Part shown: piece by piece, positions 1-9,587 of the stretch
How the letters are laid out: every line of letters begins with the position of its first letter
Position numbering within the stretch: the stretch's first letter is position 1
Assembly: GCF_000328665.1 (NCBI RefSeq)
Contig: NC_019977.1
Coordinates: 1,054,001-1,118,000, forward strand
Direction: 5' to 3'
Length of the DNA stretch: 64,000 nt
Origin: Methanomethylovorans hollandica DSM 15978
GTDB taxonomy: Archaea; Halobacteriota; Methanosarcinia; Methanosarcinales; Methanosarcinaceae
Translations under genes and position numbers: made by a program
Notes under the pieces: generated by a model
Told to the model about the DNA's origin: nothing
Seen by the model: the letters and a program-made list of their open reading frames with translations, nothing else
Database searches by the model: none

Positions 1-317
1 GGGAACTGCCTCAGCGCATATTTGAAGTAGGGGAGGTAGTTGTGAATGGGAAAAATTGTCTGCATCTTGCTGCGGTATCCATCCATGCAGGTGCAAATTT
101 CACTGAAGTAAGGGAATTACTTGAGGCACTTATGCGGGAAAAGCAGATGCTTTATGAGGTTGTAGAGTCAGAAGATCCTGCTTTCCTGAATGGCCGACGT
201 GCTGATATCCTTGTCAACGGAAGCAAAGTAGGTGTCATAGGCGAAATCTATCCACAGGTACTGGTTAACTTTGGTCTGGGACAGCCTGTGGTAGGCTTTG
301 AGATCAAGCTTCTTTGA
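1..317 (+). CDS. pheT: Phenylalanyl-tRNA synthetase beta subunit, C-terminal part (gene begins before the window)
   Basis: Frame is open from base 3: [13 protein letters not shown]...[10 protein letters not shown]...[11 protein letters not shown]...[21 protein letters not shown], a typical archaeal PheT C-terminus. Confidence 0.9.
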   Translation, partial: ELPQRIFEVGEVVVNGKNCLHLAAVSIHAGANFTEVRELLEALMREKQMLYEVVESEDPAFLNGRRADILVNGSKVGVIGEIYPQVLVNFGLGQPVVGFEIKLL

Positions 318-812
318 ACATTTTGTGAAAGATAATATGGCATATACTCTATCATCTGATGAGTAATGTCATGTTTAATTATATTTTATTTTTCTTTTTA
401 ATTTTAGTTATTGACAGTCTGATTTAATTCGCTTCCCATATATTATTTTCCTTTCAGTGCATCTTTCTTATTGAAGTCCCTTCCTAAACGTTGCCATAAT
501 TTATTTCTTCAGTTCTCCGAACACAAGCTGTCCATACCTTTTTTGCCGTTTGATCTTGTCCATTACCTCATCTTTAGATGAGTTCTTCACATTCATGTGG
601 ATGCGCCCTTCAGTGGATACTTCTTCATTAGCACATGTCTCACAGGGGAGTATGCTCTCACGCAGGGACAGATGATCCGGACATTGTTTTTTTCGAGAAT
701 GGCTGCGATCTTTTCCCGGAGATAGCAGGCTCTGGCTGAAATAAAAAAGATCATGCACTATTTCTCTCTGTTGTTTTTTATCCTTATTTATTTCTTAATA
801 CAATTCATTTGA

Positions 813-892
813 AACGCAAAGACGCAATGTCGCAAGGAAGCAAAGCTTCTAATTCTCTTCTTTGCTCCTTAGCGTCTTAGCGCCTTTGCATT
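813..892. repeat. Imperfect inverted repeat built from ~8-nt CGCAAAGA-like units (REP-like palindrome)
   Basis: Left arm aacgcaaagacgcaatgtcgcaaggaagcaaag (813-845) versus reverse complement of right arm (860-892) aatgcaaaggcgctaagacgctaaggagcaaag; 14-nt spacer. Confidence 0.75.
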
Positions 893-1085
893 GATAAAAA
901 ATTGTATCGATCGATCAAAAAAAGTTTATCTAAATTCTCTACAGAACCTATCTGGCAATGGTATAGTGGCAAAAGGGCAACTGAACCAAAGTCATGGAAA
1001 TGGTCAGCAATCTTTAATATGAACGTAGTTAGTTTAGATTATAGAGAGATCGTTCACGGATAAGATGGAGGGAAGGCACATAATA

Positions 1086-1370
1086 ATGCATGATATGAAA
1101 GTCCTGATCAAGCAGCATAGGAATGAGATCAGACAAATGTTCAAAGCTGAGATCATAGGCATCTTTGGTTCTTATGCCAGAGGTGAACAGAAAGCTGACA
1201 GTGACGTGGACGTACTTGTTAATTTCGATGATGGTGCAACTCTATTTGATCTGGTGGGACTTGGAGACTACCTTGAAGAGATACTTGGCATTCCTGTTGA
1301 TGTGGTTTCCATGCGAGCCTTGCATCCAATGATGCGTGATGATGTGTTAAGAGAGCTGGTGGCTTTATGA
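1086..1370 (+). CDS. Minimal nucleotidyltransferase (MNT) antitoxin
   Basis: GIFGSYARGEQKADSDVDVLV motif; ~95 aa; ATG 1086 follows a GGAGGG RBS (track start is 1065); stop overlaps next start (ATGA). Confidence 0.9.
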   Translation: MHDMKVLIKQHRNEIRQMFKAEIIGIFGSYARGEQKADSDVDVLVNFDDGATLFDLVGLGDYLEEILGIPVDVVSMRALHPMMRDDVLRELVAL

Positions 1371-1720
1371 GGTCACCTTTGCTATACTTGTCTGAAATGA
1401 TCGATGCAGTAGAGGCAATAGAGGATTTTACTCATGGTATGGATAAAGAAGATTTCATGTGTGATGCAAAAACCAAGAGTGCAGTTGTAAGGCAGTTTGA
1501 GATACTGGGTGAGGCTGCCAAGGCAATACCTGAAAATATAAAACTTCTTGTTCCAGATCTACCCTGGAGCAGGATTGCCGGGATGAGAAACAGGCTTATT
1601 CATGCATATTTTATTGTTGATTACAATCTAGTGTGGGATACTGTGGAAAATGAACTGCCTGCACTAAAAACAAGGCTAGAGACATTACAAGGTGAATTAA
1701 ATAAAATTGATTCACCTTAA
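1367..1720 (+). CDS. HEPN (DUF86/HepT-like) RNase toxin
   Basis: AVVRQFEILGEAA...PWSRIAGMRNRLIHAYF contains the HEPN R-x4-H motif followed by Tyr; coupled to the MNT gene. Confidence 0.9.
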   Translation: MRSPLLYLSEMIDAVEAIEDFTHGMDKEDFMCDAKTKSAVVRQFEILGEAAKAIPENIKLLVPDLPWSRIAGMRNRLIHAYFIVDYNLVWDTVENELPALKTRLETLQGELNKIDSP

Positions 1721-1859
1721 ATGCTTTTTCCTTATTCATCTCCGGCTGAAAGCTATCCATCCAACGTCAGCAGAAAAAAATTTTCAGCTAGCTCATGCAT
1801 CCTTTCCGCGAAACCGGACCTGCTGATAAGCAAAATGCAACATTCTCTCCGGGGCCGTT

Positions 1860-2663
1860 CTACGCGGCCATCCTTTTCCTTGCTGACCTCAGGATATATG
1901 CTTCTGCAAGAAGCAACAAAAAGATGCTGACCATCGTTGTGGTGATAACTGCAGGATACTGGCCGGCGAATCCTTCGGATGAAGTGTGTTTAAGTAATAT
2001 TCCCGCATAGGCCCAGACAATAACAAGTCCGTAAGCTATATCCCTGTTCTTTAGCATCGTTGCGACTGCTATGATAAGTCCTGCAATGATCATTATGACG
2101 GCCCAGGTCGCTTCAGCCAGTCCAAAACCTTTCCATCCAATGCTTACTAGAAGGATAGTAGCGTTAGCAATGGTTGCTACTGTGATCCAGCCGAAGTACA
2201 CGCTGAACGGGAGCCTGATGAAAAAATATTCCCTCTGAGAAAAACCTTGGTTCTTCATCGTCTGGTTTATCAGGATCAGGCAAACAAGGATCACTATCAT
2301 CAGTAACATGGACAATGGGATTATGTGGTAGTGCCAGGCGAATACCCAGGCTGTATTGGCAATGGAAGAAACAGAGAACAGTACTCCGATCCTGCTCAAT
2401 AGCTCAGTCCTCGTGGCACTTGTATCGTCTCGGAAAATGCCAAGCTGGTACAGTGTATATCCTGCAAGCAGCAGGTATATGAGTCCCCAGATAGCAAAGG
2501 TCAGTCCTGCCGGGGCAAAGAGATTGGGATAGGAATCTGAGATCTGGCCAGTGTTCACTCCATTGATCGGGAGGGTGTTGGCCAGACCATTGACAGCAAC
2601 CATAACCAGAAAAGTTATTGCCGTGATGATTTTGAGGATCGTTTCCCTTTCTTTTCTTTCCAT
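1860..2663 (-). CDS. TspO/MBR-like tryptophan-rich integral membrane protein
   Basis: NGLANTLPING.NTGQISDSYPNLFAPAGLTFAIWGLIY motif and many hydrophobic helices; likely start MERKE at 2663. Confidence 0.7.
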   Translation of the reverse strand: MERKERETILKIITAITFLVMVAVNGLANTLPINGVNTGQISDSYPNLFAPAGLTFAIWGLIYLLLAGYTLYQLGIFRDDTSATRTELLSRIGVLFSVSSIANTAWVFAWHYHIIPLSMLLMIVILVCLILINQTMKNQGFSQREYFFIRLPFSVYFGWITVATIANATILLVSIGWKGFGLAEATWAVIMIIAGLIIAVATMLKNRDIAYGLVIVWAYAGILLKHTSSEGFAGQYPAVITTTMVSIFLLLLAEAYILRSARKRMAA

Positions 2664-2934
2664 TGTTGTTCCCTTCCTATTGTAACGTATAACCCTTCTC
2701 TGACAGTGAAGCAATAGAAGTGTTTTTAGTTTTCTGTATTTAAAGCTATGTAATAAAAGACACACAACTTCCATCGGTGGTCATGGATGTCCGAAACTCT
2801 TGCTCTGTTATTTAGCAGATAAACGGCAAAACAGTGATGAAAGTGTCCAATCCTGTGATGGTATTCAGGGAGTCAGAGACGTTCTTCGCAAGATCGGGTA
2901 AAAGATATATACCTCTCAGCAACAATCTCTCTTT

Positions 2935-3666
2935 ATGCATCAGCTTCTCTCCCTTATGCATAGCTCCAGTCACTGCGTGTTCCTCAGTGGTGCCGGTATC
3001 TCTACACTGTCAGGTATACCTGACTTTCGGGGCAGCAAGGGCATATACAAGCAATTCGATGCGGATAAGATCTTCGACATTCATTACTTCCGCAAGGATC
3101 CAGCATATTTCTATACTCATGGCAGGGAGTTCATCTACAACCTGGAAGAGAAGGAACCCAACATAATCCATAGAATGCTGGCGAAACTGGAAGATGAGGG
3201 CATGGTGAAGTCGATAATCACCCAGAACATTGACATGCTGCACCAGAAGGCAGGCTCCAGGAGGGTCATAGAGATCCATGGTTCTCCTGCACAGCACACC
3301 TGCCTGCACTGCGGCAAAAAATTCCCTTATGAGCTTATTTCCCCTATTGTGCACAGTCATCAGGTCGTCCCAAAATGTGACCGCTGTGGAGGTCTTGTTA
3401 AGCCTGATATTGTCTTTTTTGGAGAAATGCTGGACCAAAACTCCTTCTCTCAGGCAATTTCCGAAAGCTCGCAAGCCGATCTTATGGTGGTGATCGGTTC
3501 ATCCCTGGTGGTCCATCCGGCAGCTTCCTTGCCTCTTAACGCTATAAAGCATGGCTGCAGACTGGTCATAGTCAATAACATGCCCACACCGCTTGATGAG
3601 TATGCTTATCTCAGATATACGGACCTTGAAGAAGTGTTCAGGTACCTGGAAAAAGAGATCCACTAA
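2935..3666 (+). CDS. cobB: NAD-dependent protein deacylase, Sir2/CobB family
   Basis: GAGISTLSGIPDFRG, TQNIDMLHQKAGS, IHGS, CxxC...CxxC Zn site, KPDIVFFGE, GSSLVVHPAA. Confidence 0.93.
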   Translation: MHQLLSLMHSSSHCVFLSGAGISTLSGIPDFRGSKGIYKQFDADKIFDIHYFRKDPAYFYTHGREFIYNLEEKEPNIIHRMLAKLEDEGMVKSIITQNIDMLHQKAGSRRVIEIHGSPAQHTCLHCGKKFPYELISPIVHSHQVVPKCDRCGGLVKPDIVFFGEMLDQNSFSQAISESSQADLMVVIGSSLVVHPAASLPLNAIKHGCRLVIVNNMPTPLDEYAYLRYTDLEEVFRYLEKEIH

Positions 3667-3977
3667 GCATTTCATTGCTTATCATTCTTATCATTGAGGT
3701 AAATGTAATACTCTGAGTTCATCTTCCCTGAGATATCATGGGTCTTAAGGATTACATCATCACTATTCTTACTGCAAGGTATGAGAAAAACCAGATCAAT
3801 GCACTCGTCACAATAATTTTACATTTTTATGGCTTTTGAAAAAACAAAATTTAAACTTATAATTATATTATTTTTTGCATAATTTTTTCATAAAGTATAT
3901 TTGGGCCTTCTTCCTATATTATACATGGGGGTATCCACTAAGGTAACTGGAAGTTTGCTATAACTGGTGGAGAGGGT

Positions 3978-4243
3978 ATGTATTTGAATAAGATCAGGTA
4001 GATCGATCTAATCTGGGATTTACTGTTGTTTCTGTTATTGGCCGTAGGAATAAGCTTTGTTGTTATACATAAATTGGCCAGAGGCAGGATCTTGTTGTAC
4101 TAGATCTCACTGATGTGTCCGATCCATCAGAATTAGAGAGAACAATTAGTCTATCAGCAGTATCTGATGTTACCATAGAAGGCGATTATGCTACGTATAC
4201 ATTGATGGTCTTTTGATTGTGGATATCAGTGATCCCACATTTC
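3978..4243 (+). pseudogene. Decayed 5' fragment of an LVIVD-repeat cell-surface protein gene
   Basis: RBS and ATG 3978, signal-peptide-like stretch broken by TAG; after a frame change Y-T-*-IGQRQDLVVLDLTDVSDPSELERTISLSAVSDVTIEGDYA; after a 1-nt loss YVYIDGLLIVDISDPT (two LVIVD-type repeats). Confidence 0.75.
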
Positions 4244-4300
4244 ATTTTACTTTTATATGTAAGTGAATAGTGGGATATAGGGATAGGGGCGTGTAGTAAA

Positions 4301-6103
4301 ATGAACAGTAAAATAACAGTATTATTGGCGGCCTTAATTCTATTTGCGATCATACCCACAGTAGTGCAGGCAGTTGCTCCTGCAGAACAGTGGAACAAGA
4401 CATTTGGTGGAACCTCGGATGACGTTGTAAAGTCAGTTCAGAATACTTCGGATGGGGGATACATACTATCAGGAACTACTTCTTCATATGGAGCTGGTGG
4501 ATCTGATGCCTGGCTGATCAAAGTTGATAGTAGTGGCAACCAGACATGGTATAAGACCTTTGGCGGAACCTTGGATGATGGTGCAAATTCAGTCCAGCAG
4601 ATTTCTGACGGGGGATATATACTAGCAGGAGCTACTGCTTCGTATGGAGCTGGGGGTACTGATGAATATGGAAGAGCTTATAGTGATGTTTGGCTGATCA
4701 AAGTTGATAGTAGTGGTAACCAGACATGGAATAAGACATATGGCGGATCAAATTATGATCATGCTTTTTCAGTTCAGCAGACCTCGGATGGAGGATACAT
4801 TATAGCAGCAGATACAAACTCTTCTTCTCCAGATAGTAGCTATAGTCCAGGTTGGTTGATCAAAGTTGATAGTGATGGTAACCAGCAGTGGAATACGACT
4901 TTTGCCAAAACAGATGATGGTTTTGATTATCACGCATCTTCCGTTGATCAGACTTCGGATGGGGGATACATAATAGCAGGCTGGGTTGAGAGGCCAACTT
5001 CAGTTCTGGATTTCTGGTTAAGCAAAGTTGATAGCGAAGGCAATCAGATATGGAGTACGGGTTTCTCAGGTGGAGCTGGTTATGATTTCGCAAATTCAGT
5101 TCAGCAGACTTCTGACGGAGGCTATATACTCGCAGGAGAAGCTGGGGGTGATCTGGGAGACCCGGGTGCTGCCTGGCTCTTCAAAACTGACAGCAATGGT
5201 AACATGACGTGGGATAAGAGATTTGGTGGAGGATATGAGACCGATGTTGCTGGTTGTGCATACTCGGTTTATCAGACTTCGGATGGAGGATACATACTAG
5301 CAGGCACTGTCCGCTCGTATGGCGTTCCCGACACTGATGTCTGGTTGATCAAAGTTGATAGTAATGGTAACCAGCAGTGGACCACGAAGTTTGGTGGAAC
5401 TGAAGGTGATTCTGTATATTCGGTCCAGCAGGCTTCGGATGGGGGATACATTGTTGCAGGAGAGACCATGTCGTACGGAGCTGGTTCTGCAGATGCCTGG
5501 TTGATCAAAGTTGCACCCGAAACACCTTCTGTGTCTATGACTCTGACTCCAACCTACGACAATAACTTGCGTGAGTCTTCAGCGTGCTCAGTTCTTTCCA
5601 CTGCAACCTATCTGGATGTTGGAAAGAGCAAATCCCGTGCCAGGGATGTGATGTTGTTCGACCTTAGCATGTATGATAAAGATGATACAATATCCCAGGC
5701 AACACTCTCACTATATTGGTATTATCCGGCAGGCAAGACACGCACTTCTGATACTGTTGTTGAAGTTTACAGACCAGGGGCGTGGAACCCGAAGTATGTG
5801 ACGTGGTACTACTACGATTATCGCAAGGCATGGACACCAGTGGGTGGGGCGTGGTTCGATGTTAATGGCGTTGCCCAGGGCAGTGCTCCTTATGCATCTG
5901 TGACCTTCCCGGCTGGTACAGTCCCTGATAACCAGTACCATGAATTCGATGTGACACAGCTTGTACAGGAATATGTAAGCGGTACTACAAATACCGGTTT
6001 CTTCCTCAAGGCAAGAACTGAGGGTGATAATTACATTGCCTTCTACAGCTCGGATTGGTCAAATGCCGACCAGAGACCGAAGTTGACCGTGACAAAAGCC
6101 TGA
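4301..6103 (+). CDS. Secreted cell-surface protein: 7 beta-propeller-like repeats plus C-terminal DNRLRE (disaggregatase-related) domain
   Basis: Signal peptide; seven ~50-aa repeats QQTSDGGYILAG...WLIKVDS.GNQ.W; C-terminal TYDNNLRES...RDVMLFDLS...LSLYWYYPAG...YIAFYSSDWSNADQRPKL. Confidence 0.85.
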   Translation: MNSKITVLLAALILFAIIPTVVQAVAPAEQWNKTFGGTSDDVVKSVQNTSDGGYILSGTTSSYGAGGSDAWLIKVDSSGNQTWYKTFGGTLDDGANSVQQISDGGYILAGATASYGAGGTDEYGRAYSDVWLIKVDSSGNQTWNKTYGGSNYDHAFSVQQTSDGGYIIAADTNSSSPDSSYSPGWLIKVDSDGNQQWNTTFAKTDDGFDYHASSVDQTSDGGYIIAGWVERPTSVLDFWLSKVDSEGNQIWSTGFSGGAGYDFANSVQQTSDGGYILAGEAGGDLGDPGAAWLFKTDSNGNMTWDKRFGGGYETDVAGCAYSVYQTSDGGYILAGTVRSYGVPDTDVWLIKVDSNGNQQWTTKFGGTEGDSVYSVQQASDGGYIVAGETMSYGAGSADAWLIKVAPETPSVSMTLTPTYDNNLRESSACSVLSTATYLDVGKSKSRARDVMLFDLSMYDKDDTISQATLSLYWYYPAGKTRTSDTVVEVYRPGAWNPKYVTWYYYDYRKAWTPVGGAWFDVNGVAQGSAPYASVTFPAGTVPDNQYHEFDVTQLVQEYVSGTTNTGFFLKARTEGDNYIAFYSSDWSNADQRPKLTVTKA

Positions 6104-6210
6104 ATGGTTTGAATGTGAGCGACTGTTATTTCGCTCCATTCAGTTTATTTTTAACTAAAAATATAGAATAAAGATAGTTGCCGGAGTTATCCGGCCATTT
6201 ATTTTTATAG

Positions 6211-6543
6211 TTATTCTGTGGTTTCATCATCTGTTCTGATGGCTGCGGCCAATTCCACCGGGGAGACAAAGATCCTTCCATCACCGAATTTGCCCGTACG
6301 GGCTGATTTACGTATGATATCAATGATTGGACGGACATCTGTATCCTTCACCACCATATCTATCTCTATCTTTGGGATCATATCCACTTCTATCTTCTTA
6401 CCCCTGTATTGGAGGCATATCCCTTTCTGAGAACCTCTGCCCTTTACCTCGTATACTGTCATGGCGAAATATCCCTTCTCTGCCAGGGCAGCCTTAACGT
6501 CGTTAAGCATCTCCGGACGTATGATTGCATTGATCTTCTTCAT
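6211..6543 (-). CDS. glnK: Nitrogen regulatory protein P-II
   Basis: MKKINAIIRP, VKGRGSQKG, YRG, ARTGKFGDGRIFVSPV; directly downstream of amtB; GGAGGTGA RBS before ATG 6543. Confidence 0.95.
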   Translation of the reverse strand: MKKINAIIRPEMLNDVKAALAEKGYFAMTVYEVKGRGSQKGICLQYRGKKIEVDMIPKIEIDMVVKDTDVRPIIDIIRKSARTGKFGDGRIFVSPVELAAAIRTDDETTE

Positions 6544-6557
6544 CGTTATCACCTCCC

Positions 6558-7754
6558 TCATCCCTTCGTGGATTCACCATGCTGCGAGATGTCCAGTCCT
6601 ACATATTCCTCGGTCTCTGTCACCCGCAGTCCCATGGTCTTGTCTACCACCTGGGCGAGGATGTATGTTACCACGAAGGCATATGTAATGGCAACACCGG
6701 CATCCAGAGCCTGGATCAGGAATCGGTCTACATTGCCGTATATGAGGCCGTCCACACCTCCGATGGAAGCACTTGCAAATATCCCTGTTGCGAGAGCTCC
6801 CCACAGACCCCCCATACCGTGGATGGCCCAGGCGTCCAGGCTTTCATCCAGACCCTTCTTCACACGCAAGAGCAGCATCCTGTAGCACAGCACACCTGCA
6901 ATACCTCCTATTGCTATCGCTGCCATGGGTCCGACGAATCCGCATGCAGGAGTTATTGCCACCAGACCTGCCACTGCACCGCTTACCATTCCCAGGGAAC
7001 TGGGCTTACCCTTTGCCCATGAAGCAAGCATCCAGGTAAGAGCACCGGAGGCCGCTGAAATGTTAGTGACTACAAAGGCATTTGCTGCCAAGCCATTAGC
7101 TGCAAGTGCACTTCCGGAATTGAAGGCGAACCATCCGAACCATAGGAGAGCGCCACCTATCAAAGTAAGTGAGATATTCTCGGCTTCCATGCTGAACTTG
7201 CCGAACCCCGATCGCTTCCCGATTACCAGGGCCAGAGCAAGGGCGCCGAATCCGGAACTTATGTGTACTACAGTACCTCCTGCAAAATCCAGTGCCCCAA
7301 GCTGCGATGCCCAGCCACCGCCCCATGCCCAGTGGGCCAGGGGATCATATACAAGTGTGGTCCACAGCACGCCCAGTACTATAAAAGAGCTCAACTTTAT
7401 CCTCTCTGCAACACCGGATGTGAGAATTGCAAGTGTGACGCCTGCAAATACCAGCTGGAATACCATGAACAGTATATCAGGTATCCCTTCTCCGCCCATT
7501 CCTACGCCATTAAGGCCAAAGTGCTCAAGGCTTCCTATAAAGCCTGAGATATCACTTCCAAACGCCAGGGAATAACCGGCTGTTACCCACTGGATGGTCA
7601 CTATTGCGAATGCTATGAACGACATTGCGATCATTGAAATGACGTTCTTGTTCCTTACCATACCGCCATAGAACAAACCCACACCGGGGGTCATAAGCAT
7701 AACCATGGCAGTACAGATTAGAATAAAGGCCGTATCGCCCGTATCAAGCGCCAT
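6558..7754 (-). CDS. amtB: Ammonium transporter
   Basis: [45 protein letters not shown] (both conserved His present). Confidence 0.96.
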   Translation of the reverse strand: MALDTGDTAFILICTAMVMLMTPGVGLFYGGMVRNKNVISMIAMSFIAFAIVTIQWVTAGYSLAFGSDISGFIGSLEHFGLNGVGMGGEGIPDILFMVFQLVFAGVTLAILTSGVAERIKLSSFIVLGVLWTTLVYDPLAHWAWGGGWASQLGALDFAGGTVVHISSGFGALALALVIGKRSGFGKFSMEAENISLTLIGGALLWFGWFAFNSGSALAANGLAANAFVVTNISAASGALTWMLASWAKGKPSSLGMVSGAVAGLVAITPACGFVGPMAAIAIGGIAGVLCYRMLLLRVKKGLDESLDAWAIHGMGGLWGALATGIFASASIGGVDGLIYGNVDRFLIQALDAGVAITYAFVVTYILAQVVDKTMGLRVTETEEYVGLDISQHGESTKG

Positions 7755-8096
7755 TCAATAACACCTCTGTATCTGGCAAGAGCCTGTAAATAACATCCTG
7801 TCGGATGACCATATTATCCGCAACATTATTTTGCTTATATATGTCGGTTCCATTTCCATACACCATTATAATTATTATTCTACTGTATTGTACAGTATCT
7901 ATCCGTATTCCGACTTTATACTATAAAAAGTTTTGGTAAAAACAAATATGGCATTAGAACTAGGTATAACTGATAAAAATACTGGGGTGTGTTAAAGTTG
8001 ATCGACTTTAATCAAAAGTAACTTAACTAAAAAATAATGAACTACGTTAAAACAAATAAGTACACATCAAAAATGTAATGAGAATGCTCTCATATC

Positions 8097-8594
8097 TTAT
8101 TCAGAACAAGTCCTTTTGAGAGATATCTCAAAAACACCGTTCCTGCAAGTGTATACCGCAGTCTCGGGATCTACCGGTACAGGCAGTTCCATAACTCTTG
8201 AATATCCAACGTTAGGTGCTATGACCACCAGTTCCACTGCTTCTTCAGAAGGGGAGAACTCCACATATTCCTCATCCACTCCAAGTTCTGCTGTCAAGTA
8301 CACAGTATCTTCAGTTTCAAAGATCTCGATAACCGGTTCCACATTATTTATGTATATATCGCCTTCTTCATCGTCTTCATCCTCGGAAAAAGAGGAGTGG
8401 GCTATTTTGAAACCCTGTATGTCGGGCTTTTCGCCGACCTTCTGGAAGATGGTATACCCATAGATAAAGGACTCACCGATGTCATCAGCATCTCTGGAGA
8501 ACATGGACAGCAAGTGCTGAATAAGCTGTTCGATGTCCATAATCGGGCTTTTATCAAAATCCTCATCGAAAGAATGCTTTTTCTTGTCGTCCAT
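8097..8594 (-). CDS. Acidic Hsp20/alpha-crystallin-like protein
   Basis: IYGYTI...GEKPDI, EPVIEIFETEDTVYLTAELGV, ELPVPVDPETA...RNGVFEISL. Confidence 0.7.
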   Translation of the reverse strand: MDDKKKHSFDEDFDKSPIMDIEQLIQHLLSMFSRDADDIGESFIYGYTIFQKVGEKPDIQGFKIAHSSFSEDEDDEEGDIYINNVEPVIEIFETEDTVYLTAELGVDEEYVEFSPSEEAVELVVIAPNVGYSRVMELPVPVDPETAVYTCRNGVFEISLKRTCSE

Positions 8595-8846
8595 ATAATA
8601 GCTCCTTTGTAGGCTCTCAGCAAATCAAGTTGCTTGCCCACTTGTCCCCATTTGTTCTAATTTATACGAACAAGTGGTATATAAAGGTATACTTCCGCAC
8701 AGTTGTACAAGTGTAAATGCTCTATACCCCTATGTAAATAGATATCACAATACAATAAACATGTTTCGCCCTTAAGATCGGAATTAATGGTATATTCCCA
8801 TAGACCTATATCGAAGCATGAAGAATACTGATGGTGGAGTGGTTTT

Positions 8847-9239
8847 ATGAAGATCGATACGAATCTCGCAGTCGAACTGATAGACATCACAGACGATGTT
8901 CTATCAGAAGTGAACAAAAGCTCAATACGCAGTGGCATATGTGTGATAAGTACGCCTCACACGACTACTGCTATCATCATTAACGAGAATGAACCTGGGC
9001 TGCTTTCCGATATGTTCAACCTGCTTAACAAGCTGGTGCCTCCCGGAGCAGGTTATAATCACGATCGCATAGACAACAATGCCGATTCTCACCTGCGGGC
9101 TATGCTCCTGGGGTCAAGTGAAACTCTACCCATTATAGATGGCAAGCTTGTACTTGGCACATGGCAGAGGATATTCTTTGTGGAACTTGACGGGCCACGT
9201 CAGAGAAAAGCCAATATCACACTGATCAGGCAAACATAA
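8847..9239 (+). CDS. yjbQ: YjbQ family protein (secondary thiamine-phosphate synthase-like)
   Basis: PHTTTAIIINENEPGL, YNHDRIDNNADSHL, LGTWQRIFFVELDGPR. Confidence 0.9.
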   Translation: MKIDTNLAVELIDITDDVLSEVNKSSIRSGICVISTPHTTTAIIINENEPGLLSDMFNLLNKLVPPGAGYNHDRIDNNADSHLRAMLLGSSETLPIIDGKLVLGTWQRIFFVELDGPRQRKANITLIRQT

Positions 9240-9260
9240 AAGAAAAAGAGAGCAAACTGC

Positions 9261-9440
9261 TTATTCAGCAGAATAATAGCAGCGTTTGGGAGAAATTACC
9301 TTACCTTCCTCTTTCAGGGAACTGATGATCTTGCTCACTTCTTTGCTGTCGATCCCGGTAATCTTGGCGACATCTCCCGGCCTCACTGGCTTTCCTGCGT
9401 TTTTCATTGCTTCAAGTACTTTCTGTGTATTATCGGTCAT
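9261..9440 (-). CDS. Small stand-alone winged-helix protein (59 aa)
   Basis: MTDNTQKVLEAMKNAGKPVRPGDVAKITGIDSKEVSKIISSLKEEGKVISPKRCYYSAE; wHTH pattern; GGAGA RBS. Confidence 0.75.
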   Translation of the reverse strand: MTDNTQKVLEAMKNAGKPVRPGDVAKITGIDSKEVSKIISSLKEEGKVISPKRCYYSAE

Positions 9441-9587
9441 AGAACATCTCCGTGATGTATTAGGTGAAGCATACATAAAAATATTAGGTTCGTTGTGATA
9501 CGAGTGAACTGAGGGATATGATCAATACTAATAAAAAGATCTATACTAATAGATAACAGGGTTATGTATCACTTGTATCTGCAGTTT

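Noticed and set aside
501..758. 85-aa minus-strand ORF, and an overlapping frame reading YLREKIAAILEKNNVRII
   Set aside because: No recognisable family motif or RBS; could be decayed gene debris but cannot be supported
405..950. IS-end-like words (TTATTGACAGTCTGA ~408, TCTCTACAGAACC ~936; also CTCTACAATCTAAG ~19616)
   Set aside because: No matching inverted partner, target duplication or transposase found; too short to call
4400..5515. Regularly spaced DNA repeats resembling a CRISPR array
   Set aside because: They are ~150-nt in-frame coding repeats of the propeller protein; no cas genes
7755..7945. NrpR operator upstream of amtB-glnK
   Set aside because: Only half-sites (GGAA/TTCC) seen; no GGAA-N6-TTCC palindrome
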